A stretch of DNA of 62,832 bases, filler included. It is 6 parts of 6 records of this genome, joined end to end, with 100 filler letters (N's around TTAATTAATTAA, not from the genome) between each part and the next. Parts side by side here need not be neighbours in the genome. Positions count along the whole stretch, not along the records: positions 1 to 5,481 come from SRR31147125_5313; positions 5,582 to 17,499 come from SRR31147125_5331; 4 more parts are not named here. One strand, written 5' to 3'. Shown here in pieces: positions 1 to 9,971 of the stretch (position 1 is the first letter of the stretch; each line of letters opens with the position of its first letter). The notes below the pieces were generated by a model. The model made no database searches. It was not told where the DNA came from and saw nothing but the letters and a program-made list of their open reading frames with translations. A program made the position numbers and the translations under genes.

Positions 1-530
1 TTGATACTTTTAATTAACGTATCATAATCTCCTTTTGGGAGATCTGTTCTACCAATGCTTCCGTTAAACAGTACATCACCAACAATTATAAAATTGTCTT
101 CTTCAGAATAAAATGCCAGGCTTCCTGCCGAATGTCCCGGAACAGATAATACTTTTAACTCAGAATTCCCGAATGAGATTGTGCCTTCTTTAATTTCTTC
201 ATCAATAATGGGAGAATCTGGAATTGAAAAGCCGAAAATCATACCTTGTTGAGGTGCAGTTTCGAGCAAATAATTATCATCCGCTGATGCTGCAAAAGGA
301 ATGTTTAATTTTTTCTTCAATGGGTTGATACCTACAACATGGTCGATATGACAATGCGTATTTATTAGTTTTACAGGAGTTAGGTTGTTCGCATCAAGAT
401 ATTCGATTAGAGTATCAATCTCAGCTTCTTCATAACATCCTGCATCTATTATAATTGCTTCTCCAGTATCATCGGAAACAACAAATGTATTTTCTTGAAA
501 TGCATTAAATGCAAATGATTTTATTTTCAT
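1..530 (-). CDS. MBL-fold metallo-hydrolase (glyoxalase II-like), runs off window start
   Basis: Manual translation from ATG 530: MKIKSFAFNAFQENTFVV...NTHCHIDH (HxHxDH), later PGHSAGS and GDVLF motifs; absent from the ORF track because truncated. Confidence 0.9.
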   Translation of the reverse strand, partial: MKIKSFAFNAFQENTFVVSDDTGEAIIIDAGCYEEAEIDTLIEYLDANNLTPVKLINTHCHIDHVVGINPLKKKLNIPFAASADDNYLLETAPQQGMIFGFSIPDSPIIDEEIKEGTISFGNSELKVLSVPGHSAGSLAFYSEEDNFIIVGDVLFNGSIGRTDLPKGDYDTLIKSI

Positions 531-540
531 ATGGTAAAAA

Positions 541-1188
541 TTAATATGCTTTATCTCTTAAAAATGGTACAAACGCAAACAAACCATGATCGGTTATATC
601 AAGCTTGTTTTCACCCTTAACAATTAATTTCATGATTTGTTGTTCAGAAGAACCAACTGGTATTACCATTTTTCCTCCTGTTTTTAATTGTTTCAAAAGT
701 TCTTCAGGGATATCGTTTGCCCCTGCTGTTATTATTATTTTGTCAAATGGCCCATAAGTAGGGAGGCCTTTGTATCCATCACCATAAAATAATTGCGGCC
801 TGTAACCGAGTTTTGGTAATTTTTCCTGTGTTTTTAAAAATAACTCACGCTGCCTTTCTATGGAATAAACTTTAGCTCCCATTTCCAGTAAAACAGCAGC
901 CTGGTAGCCAGAACCAGTTCCAATTTCAAGCACCTTGTCCATCTTTTCAATTTGTAAAAGTTCTGTTTGAAAAGCAACTGTATAGGGTTGAGATATTGTT
1001 TGTCCGGCACCTATTGGAAAGGCTTTGTCTTTATAAGAAAAATTTATGAAGCTGCTATCCATAAATGCATGCCTGGGAACCCTTCCAATAGCTTCCAACA
1101 CTTTTTCGTCATTTATCCCCTTTTTTCTAACTTCTTCTACTAGCTTTGCTCTCAGTCCCTTATGTCTGTAGGTATCTGTCATTGTCAT
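541..1188 (-). CDS. pcm: Protein-L-isoaspartate O-methyltransferase
   Basis: VPRHAF, GQTISQP, VLEIGTGSGYQAA, GPFDKIIITAG motifs. Confidence 0.95.
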   Translation of the reverse strand: MTMTDTYRHKGLRAKLVEEVRKKGINDEKVLEAIGRVPRHAFMDSSFINFSYKDKAFPIGAGQTISQPYTVAFQTELLQIEKMDKVLEIGTGSGYQAAVLLEMGAKVYSIERQRELFLKTQEKLPKLGYRPQLFYGDGYKGLPTYGPFDKIIITAGANDIPEELLKQLKTGGKMVIPVGSSEQQIMKLIVKGENKLDITDHGLFAFVPFLRDKAY

Positions 1189-1294
1189 ATTTTATGGGGA
1201 CAAAAATATGGCTATCTCACAAAATGTTGAAAACTATTTATTAAAAAAATAATGTTGATTTCTATTTCAGATATTTTTACAAAAAACGAATTTA

Positions 1295-2179
1295 ATGGTC
1301 AAACTAGGTTTTGTAGGGGATAAGAATCATTTTTTGAAAGTGAATGAATCATTCAAAAATATGATAGGATTGAAAAATATTATTTTTTTCAATCACTTAA
1401 ATTCTGCAATTTTTGAAAATAATAAGCATAGAGAAAATCTGGACTACAATCAATTTTTGTCGAGATGTGATGCTTTGTACTTCTTTGAAGATCCATTGTT
1501 GAACTTTAATCTTGTTGAACAGGCTTTAAAGCAGACCAAGCATTGCTATCTGGAAAGCCCAAGATATTTTTCTAATGATGATGTAAAACGAATTAAAAAA
1601 ATTCAATTAGAGACAAAATCAACTCTTGTGGTTGGGGAAATATCTCACCTGTTGCTCAACAATCTAAATAAGGAGTTGCCATTAAAACCACCTTTTATTA
1701 TAAATATTACGCATTCAGGAGGCAGCGACCTAATGGAAATGTTGTTAACTGATATCGATTTTGTGGTGCATTTTCTCAATTCCGATTTAAGAAAAGTAGA
1801 AGCACTTGGGCTACCGTTTTCAAAAAATATGTTGAATGTTATCAACTCGAACCTGTATTTTAATAATGGTTCTGTAGTTTCTTTAATTATTCAAAACAAA
1901 GAATCTGAGCATCTTCATAAGATGGCAATATATTCTCAAAATGGCTATGCGAATCTTGATTTTATTAAAAAGAAAATTGAATTGAATGGCCAGGATTTTA
2001 AAGAATACAGTCATGAAATTGAAAATTTAAATACGAATTACCTTACCAAGAATATAAAATCATTCATCCAGAATGTGCTTGAAAATAGCAGAAATGAACT
2101 GCTGAACGAGAAAAATCTCTCTGCGATCCAAATAAAAGATTTGGTCAGTAATAAAATAAAGCGATCTTTATCAGCCTAA
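1295..2179 (+). CDS. Gfo/Idh/MocA-like oxidoreductase homologue, degenerate
   Basis: ALKQTKHCYLESP resembles the ...KHVxxEKP motif; DIDFV and FNNGSVVSL segments fit the family; divergent from pcm. Confidence 0.55.
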   Translation: MVKLGFVGDKNHFLKVNESFKNMIGLKNIIFFNHLNSAIFENNKHRENLDYNQFLSRCDALYFFEDPLLNFNLVEQALKQTKHCYLESPRYFSNDDVKRIKKIQLETKSTLVVGEISHLLLNNLNKELPLKPPFIINITHSGGSDLMEMLLTDIDFVVHFLNSDLRKVEALGLPFSKNMLNVINSNLYFNNGSVVSLIIQNKESEHLHKMAIYSQNGYANLDFIKKKIELNGQDFKEYSHEIENLNTNYLTKNIKSFIQNVLENSRNELLNEKNLSAIQIKDLVSNKIKRSLSA

Positions 2180-2245
2180 ATTTCTAAACTATTTAATAAT
2201 TTAGGAGTACAGGAAACGAAAAGAACAAACTGCTTATCCTGTTGG

Positions 2246-3663
2246 GTGATGAATAAAAGATTACAGGTCTTTAAATATTTATTGTTTGATTACTTAGCTG
2301 CCGCGATTGCCTGGGGCGGTCTGTTTTTCTATCGAAAGATTTTTATTGAGCCACAAAAGTATGGCCATGACATTGAGTTATTCCTCGATCGTAATTTTTA
2401 TATAGGTGTAATTGTAATCCCGATTATCTGGTTGATTTTTTATGCGGCTACAGGTTTTTATAAAAATATCTATAGAAAATCCCGATTAACAGATTTAGGG
2501 CAAACGATTCAAACGTCAATTGTTGGGGTAATAGTAATATTTTTTGCGCTCATCCTTGACGATCAAGTTAAATCCTATCAAAATTATTATTCTTTATTTT
2601 TTAACCTCCTGGGGTCGCATTTTACGCTTACCTATTTGCCCAGGTTAATATTAACATCCATAACAACGCATCGGGTACATACCCGAAAAATTGGTTTTAA
2701 AACGATTATTGTTGGAGGAAATGGAAAAGCACTGGAAACATATAAGGATATTCAGGAGCAGGAAAAAGCTTATGGAAATATAATTGTTGGGTTTATTAAG
2801 GTAAAAGAAAAGACCGGGAAGAAACTGGCAGAACATATTCCATGCTTAGGTGATATTGGTGATTTGCACCAAATTTTATACGACAATAAAATCGAAGAGG
2901 TGATAATCGCTATAGAAACCGAAGAGCAGGATAAAATTGGTAACATTATTAACCAACTGGCAGTTTATAATATTTCAATAAAAGCAATTCCAAGTATGTA
3001 TGATTTTTTAACCGGTAAGGTTAAAATGTCTGAAATTTTTGGAACCCCCTTATTGAAATCACGCACAAATTAATGCCTTACTGGCAAGAGCAGGTAAAAC
3101 GTGTTATCGATATTTTTGCATCAACCATTGCCATCATACTTACACTTCCTCTTTCTTTAGGATTGACGATAGGTATTAAACTAACATCAAAAGGCCCCGT
3201 GTTTTATAGTCATGAGAGGATGGGAAAATACGGAAAACCATTTCGGATACATAAATTTCGATCGATGTATGTTGATGCAGAAAAAAACGGACCCCAACTA
3301 TCAAGTAAAAATGATAGCAGAATTACCAAAATAGGCAGATTTATGAGGAAAATGCGACTTGATGAGATTCCTAATTTTATTAATGTCCTAATTGGGGATA
3401 TGTCGCTTGTCGGACCAAGGCCAGAAAGACCTTTCTACATAGACCAAATAATGAAAGTTGCCCCACACTATATTCATTTGCAAAAAGTGCGACCGGGCAT
3501 TACCTCGTGGGGTCAGGTTAAGTTTGGGTATGCATCAACTGTTGAGCAAATGGTTAGGAGGCTTAAATACGACATACTCTACATCGAGAATATGTCGCTA
3601 TATGTTGATTTTAAGATTATTATTTATACGTTAATAACAATTATAAAGGGAAAAGGAATGTAG
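2246..3663 (+). CDS. Polyprenyl-phosphate sugar transferase (WcaJ/WbaP-like), split by a frameshift near 3045-3055
   Basis: N-terminal TM and CoA-binding-like part (2246-3073) plus KRVIDI, KFRSM, RLDEIPNF, MSLVGPRP, PGITSWGQV (3073-3663); break at a C run. Confidence 0.88.
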
Positions 3664-3723
3664 CGACAATCCTTCGGCTGGAATTTTGTAAATTTAAAAT
3701 TCAAAAACCTTAAAGAATCAAAA

Positions 3724-4380
3724 ATGAATAATTCGAAAAAATTCGCTGTCGTTTTATCAGGTTGTGGAGTCTATGATGGCTCTGAAATTCATGAAGCAAC
3801 CCTCTCGATGTATGAAATAGCAAAAAGTGGTTGTTCGTACGAAATTTTTGCGCCAGATATAGATCAACATCATGTTATCAACCACCTCACCGGAAAAGAA
3901 ATGAACGAAACGCGTAACGTGTTGGTGGAGTCTGCAAGGATTGCAAGGGGCAAAATAAAACCACTATCTGAATTTGAGGCCAAAAATTTCGATATATTAT
4001 TTTTTCCGGGCGGTTTTGGCGCAGCAAAGAATCTTTCTAATTATGCTTTTAATGGTGCTGATTGTACTATAAACGAAGATGTTGAAAGTTCTGTTAAATC
4101 TATGATTGAGCTTAAGAAACCAGTCGGGGCATTATGTATCTCTCCTGTTATTTTAGGTAAATTATTAGAAGGTGTTAACGTAACAATTGGTAGCGACGAA
4201 GCAACCATTAACGAACTTAAAAAGATGGGGGCTAATCATAAGGATACAACCCATGGAGAAGTTGTTATTGATGAAAAATATAAAATTGTAACAACTCCTT
4301 GCTATATGCTGGATGCAACAATCGACCAAATTGGTGTTGGTGCAGAAAATGTTGTTAAGGCATTACTTGATATGGTATAG
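3724..4380 (+). CDS. elbB: ElbB/ES1 family glyoxalase (DJ-1/PfpI superfamily)
   Basis: LSGCGVYDGSEIHE, RNVLVESARIARG, PGGFGAAKNL, TTPCYM. Confidence 0.93.
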   Translation: MNNSKKFAVVLSGCGVYDGSEIHEATLSMYEIAKSGCSYEIFAPDIDQHHVINHLTGKEMNETRNVLVESARIARGKIKPLSEFEAKNFDILFFPGGFGAAKNLSNYAFNGADCTINEDVESSVKSMIELKKPVGALCISPVILGKLLEGVNVTIGSDEATINELKKMGANHKDTTHGEVVIDEKYKIVTTPCYMLDATIDQIGVGAENVVKALLDMV

Positions 4381-4995
4381 TTAAATCTGCCCGGACTCTA
4401 TCCGAACCACAATTTCTTCTATTAGCCAATCTTCGCCTTGCGGGTCGTATTCTGTTTTTAGGTTCGAGCCAAACAGGCGGGCTAAAGTTTGCCAAAAGAC
4501 TGCAGAAAAGGTTCCACGCAGCTCTTTTACCAGATCGTACGATGTGCTTCCGGTTTCTCTATCGATGAGCTTTATTAATAAGCGGCCTTGTGTGATAGTA
4601 AGTTTTTTTAACTCGTCTTCATATTCAATTCGAATGCTGTCTTCGATGCTCTTAAGGAATTTCTTTTGTTCTCTTTCATTCTCTAAATCCAACATTTCAG
4701 AATTAAGTTCTTCCAACATATTACCCGCTAAAACAGAATAAGGGTGTACCTTTTTAAGGTTTCTCACAAGTCGCCTATATTTTCTCTCTTTCCACCAGTT
4801 GTCAAATTCCAGGGGAGGATATACAAAAACTTCTTTTAAATCAGTCACAAAAATTGTGTCGCCATCAATAATTTCTCTTTGCAAAATATTGAGGTCGGCT
4901 AAAGAATCTTTAATTGTGCTATCCTGAGAATAACACGTTAAAGAATAGCTAAAGCTTACAAGCAAAATTATATGTAAAAGTATCTTAAACTTCAT
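4381..4995 (-). CDS. Secreted DUF4294-like Bacteroidota protein
   Basis: Signal peptide; YRRLVRNLKKVHPY, LKKLTITQGRLLIKLIDRETG, FWQTLARLFG. Confidence 0.8.
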   Translation of the reverse strand: MKFKILLHIILLVSFSYSLTCYSQDSTIKDSLADLNILQREIIDGDTIFVTDLKEVFVYPPLEFDNWWKERKYRRLVRNLKKVHPYSVLAGNMLEELNSEMLDLENEREQKKFLKSIEDSIRIEYEDELKKLTITQGRLLIKLIDRETGSTSYDLVKELRGTFSAVFWQTLARLFGSNLKTEYDPQGEDWLIEEIVVRIESGQI

Positions 4996-5121
4996 TTACA
5001 ATATTTTCATAGACATAAACAATATCCGTGCAAAAAAATTAAAGTCAATTTTTGTTAATTAAAATTATCTATTTTTAAACGATTAACACGGCTTGGTGGT
5101 TCTAAAAATATCTCAATATTT

Positions 5122-5481
5122 ATGTCAAGGCATATTAAAAAGTTTGCAGACAAAAGTATTTTAGAGTTCGACATTGGTAAATTCGATGATTGGTGTATCT
5201 ATCATAAGATTGTTGGAAAAGAACGTTATGCTCCCAAAGACATACAATATTTCACGAGATTGAGGAATCTATCTGATTTGTTTTCAGCTAATTTAATTTA
5301 TTCTGATTTCGTGTTGATTTATGAGAAAACCAATAAAAGAATAAATAAACCTTTGCTTGATGAAATTGAAAAATTATCAGAAAAGTATGAACAATATGCG
5401 TTGCAGATGGATATTATATTTACAATTCTTTATGCAGGAATGGTTGCTGAGGAGAATAAAGAAAAAGCTATCTTGAAAAAA
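5122..5481 (+). CDS. Hypothetical protein, truncated by contig end
   Basis: Open frame from ATG to the gap; conserved-looking FDxGKFDDWCIY and YAGMVAEENK segments. Confidence 0.7.
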
Positions 5482-5581
5482 NNNNNNNNNNNNNNNNNNN
5501 NNNNNNNNNNNNNNNNNNNNNNNNNTTAATTAATTAANNNNNNNNNNNNNNNNNNNNNNNNNNNNNNNNNNNNNNNNNNNN
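5482..5581. other. Artificial contig linker
   Basis: N44-TTAATTAATTAA-N44 (stops in all six frames); GC content jumps across it. Confidence 0.99.
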
Positions 5582-5779
5582 CGACAGCGGGCCAGCCGGA
5601 ATCGTCCCCTTGATAATCGGGTAGCTGAGCATGGAGAACATGACAGCGACGCCGACACGCATCTGCGGAGGGATCTGAGCGCCGCTGAAAACCGGAATCG
5701 CGGCAAACATCGACCCGACCCTGGCCAGGCAGATCAGGAAACCCTGAATCAGTGGAAGTGAAAATTCGGGCAGTTCCAT
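5582..5779 (-). CDS. fliR: Flagellar export protein FliR (N-terminal part, truncated)
   Basis: FLICLARVGSMFAAIPVFSG...IPPQMRV; follows fliQ. Confidence 0.9.
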
Positions 5780-5789
5780 GACGGCCTGC

Positions 5790-6059
5790 CTACTGGCCGA
5801 TCGTGGGAAGCTGGTTGAAAATTGAAGTCAGAAACGCGGAGGCCTTCTGTAGAATCCAGGGGGCAAAGATCAATAAAGTGACAAAGACTCCGACAATTTT
5901 CGGAATAAAGGTCATGGTCTGCTCATTGATCTGGGTTGCGGCCTGAAAAATACTGATCACCAGGCCGACCACCAGAGCGACGATCAACATCGGCGCCGCG
6001 CACATAAGCCCGGTCTCTATGGCTTGTCGGCCAATCGTGACCACAAATTCAGGCGTCAT
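5790..6059 (-). CDS. fliQ: Flagellar export protein FliQ
   Basis: GLVISIFQAATQINEQTMTFIPK; ATG at 6059 gives 89 aa. Confidence 0.95.
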   Translation of the reverse strand: MTPEFVVTIGRQAIETGLMCAAPMLIVALVVGLVISIFQAATQINEQTMTFIPKIVGVFVTLLIFAPWILQKASAFLTSIFNQLPTIGQ

Positions 6060-6082
6060 TTCTTCGACCTTTCCATCCAATA

Positions 6083-6204
6083 GAGCTCATCAAAAGGTTG
6101 CAGATGCAAGGCGGACGATCGACTGAAGATTGAGGCGTGGATAAAACCACGTCGAAAACTGAAGGCTGAGTCCAACACAGCAGATGCGAACTTTTCATGA
6201 GCTC
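6083..6204. repeat. ~122-bp palindromic MITE/RPE-like element between fliP and fliQ
   Basis: Imperfect terminal inverted repeats GAGCTCATCAAAAGGTTGCA / TGCGAACTTTTCATGAGCTC, central CGTGG-ATAAAA-CCACG hairpin. Confidence 0.65.
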
Positions 6205-6940
6205 ACCCAAAGCTCTGGACCAGGGAACCAATGACCAGAGACCAGCCATCAACCAGAACAAACAGCAGAATTTTAAACGGCAATGAAATGATGATCGGCG
6301 GTAGCATCATCATCCCCATCGCCATCAGGATCGACGCAACAATCATATCGATCATCAGAAACGGCACGAAAAGCAGAAACCCCATCTGAAAGGCCCGCTT
6401 CAGCTCCGACAGCATAAAGGCGGGAATCAGGGTCAGCATGGAGATGTCATCCTGGTTTTCCGGTTGAGGTGATTTTGAGATGTCGACCAGCAGCTGCAGA
6501 TCTTTTTCAGCCACCTGAGAGAACATGAACTGGCGCATCGGTTTGAGCGCCTGGTCGAGGGCCTGCTGCTGAGTGATCTGCTTGTCCATATAGGGCTGCA
6601 GCGCGTTGTCGTTGATCTCGGTGAACACCGGTGCCATAACGAAAAAGGTCAGGAACAGGGCCAGACCGATGACGATCTGATTCGACGGTGCCTGCTGGGT
6701 CCCCATCGCCTGGCGAACGAAGGACAAAACGATGACAATGCGGGTAAAGCCGGTCGTCATCAGCAGAATCGCCGGAGCGATGGAAAGAATGGTCAGAACA
6801 ATCAGGATCTGCAGCGCCGTCGAGACTTCCGACGGTTCTGTCGCTTCACCAATACCGAGTGTAATCGTCGGCAGCCCTTCCGCAAAGGCGACAGAAGGCA
6901 GAAGCAACAGGACAAGCATCAGCAGAGTTTTGAATCTCAT
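6203..6940 (-). CDS. fliP: Flagellar export protein FliP
   Basis: TGFTRIVIVLSFVRQAMGTQQAP, PAFMLSELKRAFQMG, MGMMMLPP, FVLVDGW. Confidence 0.97.
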   Translation of the reverse strand: MRFKTLLMLVLLLLPSVAFAEGLPTITLGIGEATEPSEVSTALQILIVLTILSIAPAILLMTTGFTRIVIVLSFVRQAMGTQQAPSNQIVIGLALFLTFFVMAPVFTEINDNALQPYMDKQITQQQALDQALKPMRQFMFSQVAEKDLQLLVDISKSPQPENQDDISMLTLIPAFMLSELKRAFQMGFLLFVPFLMIDMIVASILMAMGMMMLPPIIISLPFKILLFVLVDGWSLVIGSLVQSFG

Positions 6941-7308
6941 GAGGATTCCCCCTCAGCCTGCTGCAATGTTGTCGCAAAGTCTTCACCTGGAGGCAGCTTG
7001 GTCAGGCATTCAATGCGATCATTGCTGAGACCGAGCAACAGTTCTTCGTTGCGAACCTTGACCACGCAGAGAAACTTCCGTCCACCCAGAGGGCGCGTTT
7101 CAAGAACCTTGATCAGGCCTCCTTTTTTCTGTGGCAGGACACCAAATCCTTTACGGCTGGCGGCATAGATCAGTAATAGAATGCCGCAGATCACCGCCAA
7201 AGCGGCAACCATCTTGAGCGATGATCCCAGCAGGCTCGGTTCTGTCGCTGTTTCTGCAGCGATGACCGGCTGCGCGATCAGCAGAAAAAGAAAAACAAAA
7301 CGCATCAT
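6937..7308 (-). CDS. fliO: Flagellar protein FliO
   Basis: TM segment, IKVLETRPLGGRKFLCVVKV..EELLLG; lies between fliN and fliP. Confidence 0.88.
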   Translation of the reverse strand: MMRFVFLFLLIAQPVIAAETATEPSLLGSSLKMVAALAVICGILLLIYAASRKGFGVLPQKKGGLIKVLETRPLGGRKFLCVVKVRNEELLLGLSNDRIECLTKLPPGEDFATTLQQAEGESS

Positions 7309-7634
7309 CAGCCCAGATTCTCAATCCGCTCAGACGGGCTGACAACATCGGTCAGACGCAGGCCGAACTTGTCGTTCACGACAACCGCTTCCCCTCGGGC
7401 AATCAGGCGCGCGTTGACATACAGGTCAAGCGGTTCACCCGCAAGCTTATCCAGTTCAACCATCGATCCTTCCTGCAATTGCAAGAGGTCACGAACCAGA
7501 AGCCGCGAACGGCCGACTTCGACAGACACCTCAAGCGGAATATCCAGCAGCAGGTCGAGACCGCGATCATCGACGCCTTTGCCGGCACTTGTCTCCGCAA
7601 CAGGTTGTCCATTGTCCAATGTTTCATCACTCAT
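7308..7634 (-). CDS. fliN: Flagellar motor switch protein FliN
   Basis: LDLLLDIPLEVSVEVGR, LDKLAGEPLD, ARGEAVVVNDKFGLR. Confidence 0.96.
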   Translation of the reverse strand: MSDETLDNGQPVAETSAGKGVDDRGLDLLLDIPLEVSVEVGRSRLLVRDLLQLQEGSMVELDKLAGEPLDLYVNARLIARGEAVVVNDKFGLRLTDVVSPSERIENLG

Positions 7635-7637
7635 GAT

Positions 7638-8645
7638 CTATCCTCCATCGGGAATTCTTCCCATAACTCTGATCGCTTTTTTACCACCCTGAACTCCCGC
7701 CATGCCCAGGAACTTGGGGCGCTGCTCAACCATCACTTTGATCGGGATATCCGGCTTGCAGCCAAGATCGATCACATCCCCCACCTGAAAGTTGAGGATA
7801 TCGCGGACCCGCAGGGATAATGTTGCCAGGAGCGCTTCCAGCTCAACCTCCATATGATCGAGTTCCGTACAGACAACCGACCGCCACTTGGTATTCTGGG
7901 TCATACTCGGCGGAACAGCCTTGACCTGCTGCTTCTTCTGCAACGGGTCCAGAGCGGTATGAGGAATCACCAGGGTGATGTCTCCCTCAAGTGTGTCGAT
8001 CGTGACCTTAAAACGCGCTGCGACAACCCCGACTTCGGGTCCGACAAAATTCAGCAGACGCAGATTGCTGACCACCTCAACGAGAGATGACTCGATATCC
8101 TCCAGCTGCATGAAACCCTTGTCCAGCTCGGGACAGGCGCTCTTGATGACATCCTTGACCACGTTCAACTCGATGGCGCTCATGCCTCGATTCGGAATCA
8201 GCGTTTCGCTGTCGGACGAACCACCAAGAACCATCTCAACCAATGCGAAAGAGAGTTTTTCGTCAAAAATCAATAACCCACCGCCCGTCAGGGGCTCAAG
8301 CTGCAGAATGCCGATCGCTCCACGCCCGGATAACCGCTGAATCAGGCCGTCAAAAGCCATCGATTCCATCGCTTCCAGCTTGATATGCACCGAGCGCTGG
8401 AACCGTGTCGACATCGCCAGCGAATAGTTCCTGGCAAAGCTGTCGAGAATAAGGTCGTAGTTTTTAAGTTTCCAGCCTTCGGTTCCGTCGGACTTGAAAA
8501 GATTGCACAGCTCGGCTGACGCAGCGGTCCCCTTTTCATGAACCGCTGAACCAGGCTCCGCACCGACCGATTCGACATCGATATCGCCTTGCCTGACCGC
8601 CGACAGCAGGTCGGCAATTTCTTCTTTGCTGAGTATCTTTTCCAC
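7638..8645 (-). CDS. fliM: Flagellar motor switch protein FliM
   Basis: N-terminal ILSKEEIADLL, MVLGG middle domain, C-terminal SpoA domain (LNFQVGDVIDL). Confidence 0.93.
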   Translation of the reverse strand: MEKILSKEEIADLLSAVRQGDIDVESVGAEPGSAVHEKGTAASAELCNLFKSDGTEGWKLKNYDLILDSFARNYSLAMSTRFQRSVHIKLEAMESMAFDGLIQRLSGRGAIGILQLEPLTGGGLLIFDEKLSFALVEMVLGGSSDSETLIPNRGMSAIELNVVKDVIKSACPELDKGFMQLEDIESSLVEVVSNLRLLNFVGPEVGVVAARFKVTIDTLEGDITLVIPHTALDPLQKKQQVKAVPPSMTQNTKWRSVVCTELDHMEVELEALLATLSLRVRDILNFQVGDVIDLGCKPDIPIKVMVEQRPKFLGMAGVQGGKKAIRVMGRIPDGG

Positions 8646-8656
8646 GCGTTCGACCC

Positions 8657-9148
8657 CTACTGGACGACGAAATCGGTAAAGTAAATCCGCTTGACTTTCC
8701 CTTTGAGCAGGATGCTGTTCACCTTGTTGATCAGCTCGGCGCGCAGTTGAATCTTGCCCTGCAGATCACTCAGCTCAGAAAACGTCTTGTTGCCGATCAG
8801 GAGCAGGATCGCATCCTTGATCTGTGGCATCCTTTGAGTCAACTCCATCGATGTTTCTTCACCGTCAACCTCAAGCGTAATCGCTGCTTTCAGGTAGCGA
8901 CTCTCCGCATCATCAAGGATATTGACAATAAAGCTTTCAATGGTGACCATCGGCCCAACCTGTTTCGCCTGCATTTCCAGCTCGGCCTGTTCCTCTTCCG
9001 GTGAGAGTTTTTCCTCTTCTCCCCCCATCAGAAAAAATGCAGCCCCGCCACCACCGATCAGCAACACCAGAACTGCGGCAACAATGATGATCAGCTTCTT
9101 TTTCGATCCACCGCCCTCTTCAGGCTGCTCTGCTGCGTCTTTCGCCAT
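8657..9148 (-). CDS. fliL: Flagellar basal body protein FliL
   Basis: KKKLIIIV TM, FIVNI...RYLK, IYFTDFVVQ C-terminus. Confidence 0.95.
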   Translation of the reverse strand: MAKDAAEQPEEGGGSKKKLIIIVAAVLVLLIGGGGAAFFLMGGEEEKLSPEEEQAELEMQAKQVGPMVTIESFIVNILDDAESRYLKAAITLEVDGEETSMELTQRMPQIKDAILLLIGNKTFSELSDLQGKIQLRAELINKVNSILLKGKVKRIYFTDFVVQ

Positions 9149-9227
9149 CGATCTATCCTTTCATCTACTCCACGTTCAGCGGAGATTTCAGATTTACTAT
9201 TTCAAATCTTATTCTGATGACAGAGCA

Positions 9228-9959
9228 TCAGAATGGTGACTGTTCCTTGGCATCGATCAGGTAAGGAAGGTCCTGATTCGGGTCCCCCTGGCTCTCGAGG
9301 ACAAACTCGACCCGCCGATTCAATGCCATCTCTTCTTCACTGGCGTTCGGGAACAGAGGTTTCTGAGATCCATAGCCGGTCGCCGACATCCGCGTCAGCG
9401 GAATCAACTGATTCGTCGCCAAGAAGCGCAATACCGAAATCGAACGGTCAACAGACAGATCCCAGTTAACAATTTCATTGCCAAGATCGTCCGTATGTCC
9501 TTCGATTTTCAGGTTGAGGGGCAACGGACGGACCAGCTCAGCCACCTTACGCAAAATAGGTTCCGCTGCCGGTTCCAGAGCCGTGCTGTTTCTTTCAAAG
9601 AGAACAGCTTCGTCAACGCGTAACACAACCGCTCCACGATCCTTGGCCAGTTTAACTTTTTTATTCAGCTTCAATTCCCTGAGTTTGGTTCTTAAACGGC
9701 GATAGACCTGGGCATTAAAGTCATCGTTGACCGGAGAAAATGAGACCACCTGGGGAGGCGCGACCTCAGTTTTGTCCGCACTGCCGAGGACTCCAAACGC
9801 TCCCGCGAGAGAGTCACTTGCCTTGTTAAATTTAACCTTATCCATGTTCGCCATCGAGAGCAGCAGAACAAAGAAGGTGAGCAACAAAGTGACCAGGTCA
9901 CTGAATGTTGCCATCCACATTGGCGCGCCCGCTGGTGGGCATTTATGCTTTTTCGCCAT
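9228..9959 (-). CDS. motB: Flagellar stator MotB/PomB
   Basis: WMATFSDLVTLLLTFFVLL TM; OmpA domain IEGHTDD, NWDLS..R, NRRVE. Confidence 0.95.
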   Translation of the reverse strand: MAKKHKCPPAGAPMWMATFSDLVTLLLTFFVLLLSMANMDKVKFNKASDSLAGAFGVLGSADKTEVAPPQVVSFSPVNDDFNAQVYRRLRTKLRELKLNKKVKLAKDRGAVVLRVDEAVLFERNSTALEPAAEPILRKVAELVRPLPLNLKIEGHTDDLGNEIVNWDLSVDRSISVLRFLATNQLIPLTRMSATGYGSQKPLFPNASEEEMALNRRVEFVLESQGDPNQDLPYLIDAKEQSPF

Positions 9960-9971
9960 GGTCGGTCCCTT

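Noticed and set aside
5526-5537. TTAATTAATTAA repeated five times in the window
   Set aside because: Always centred in N runs; a synthetic six-frame stop linker, not a biological repeat
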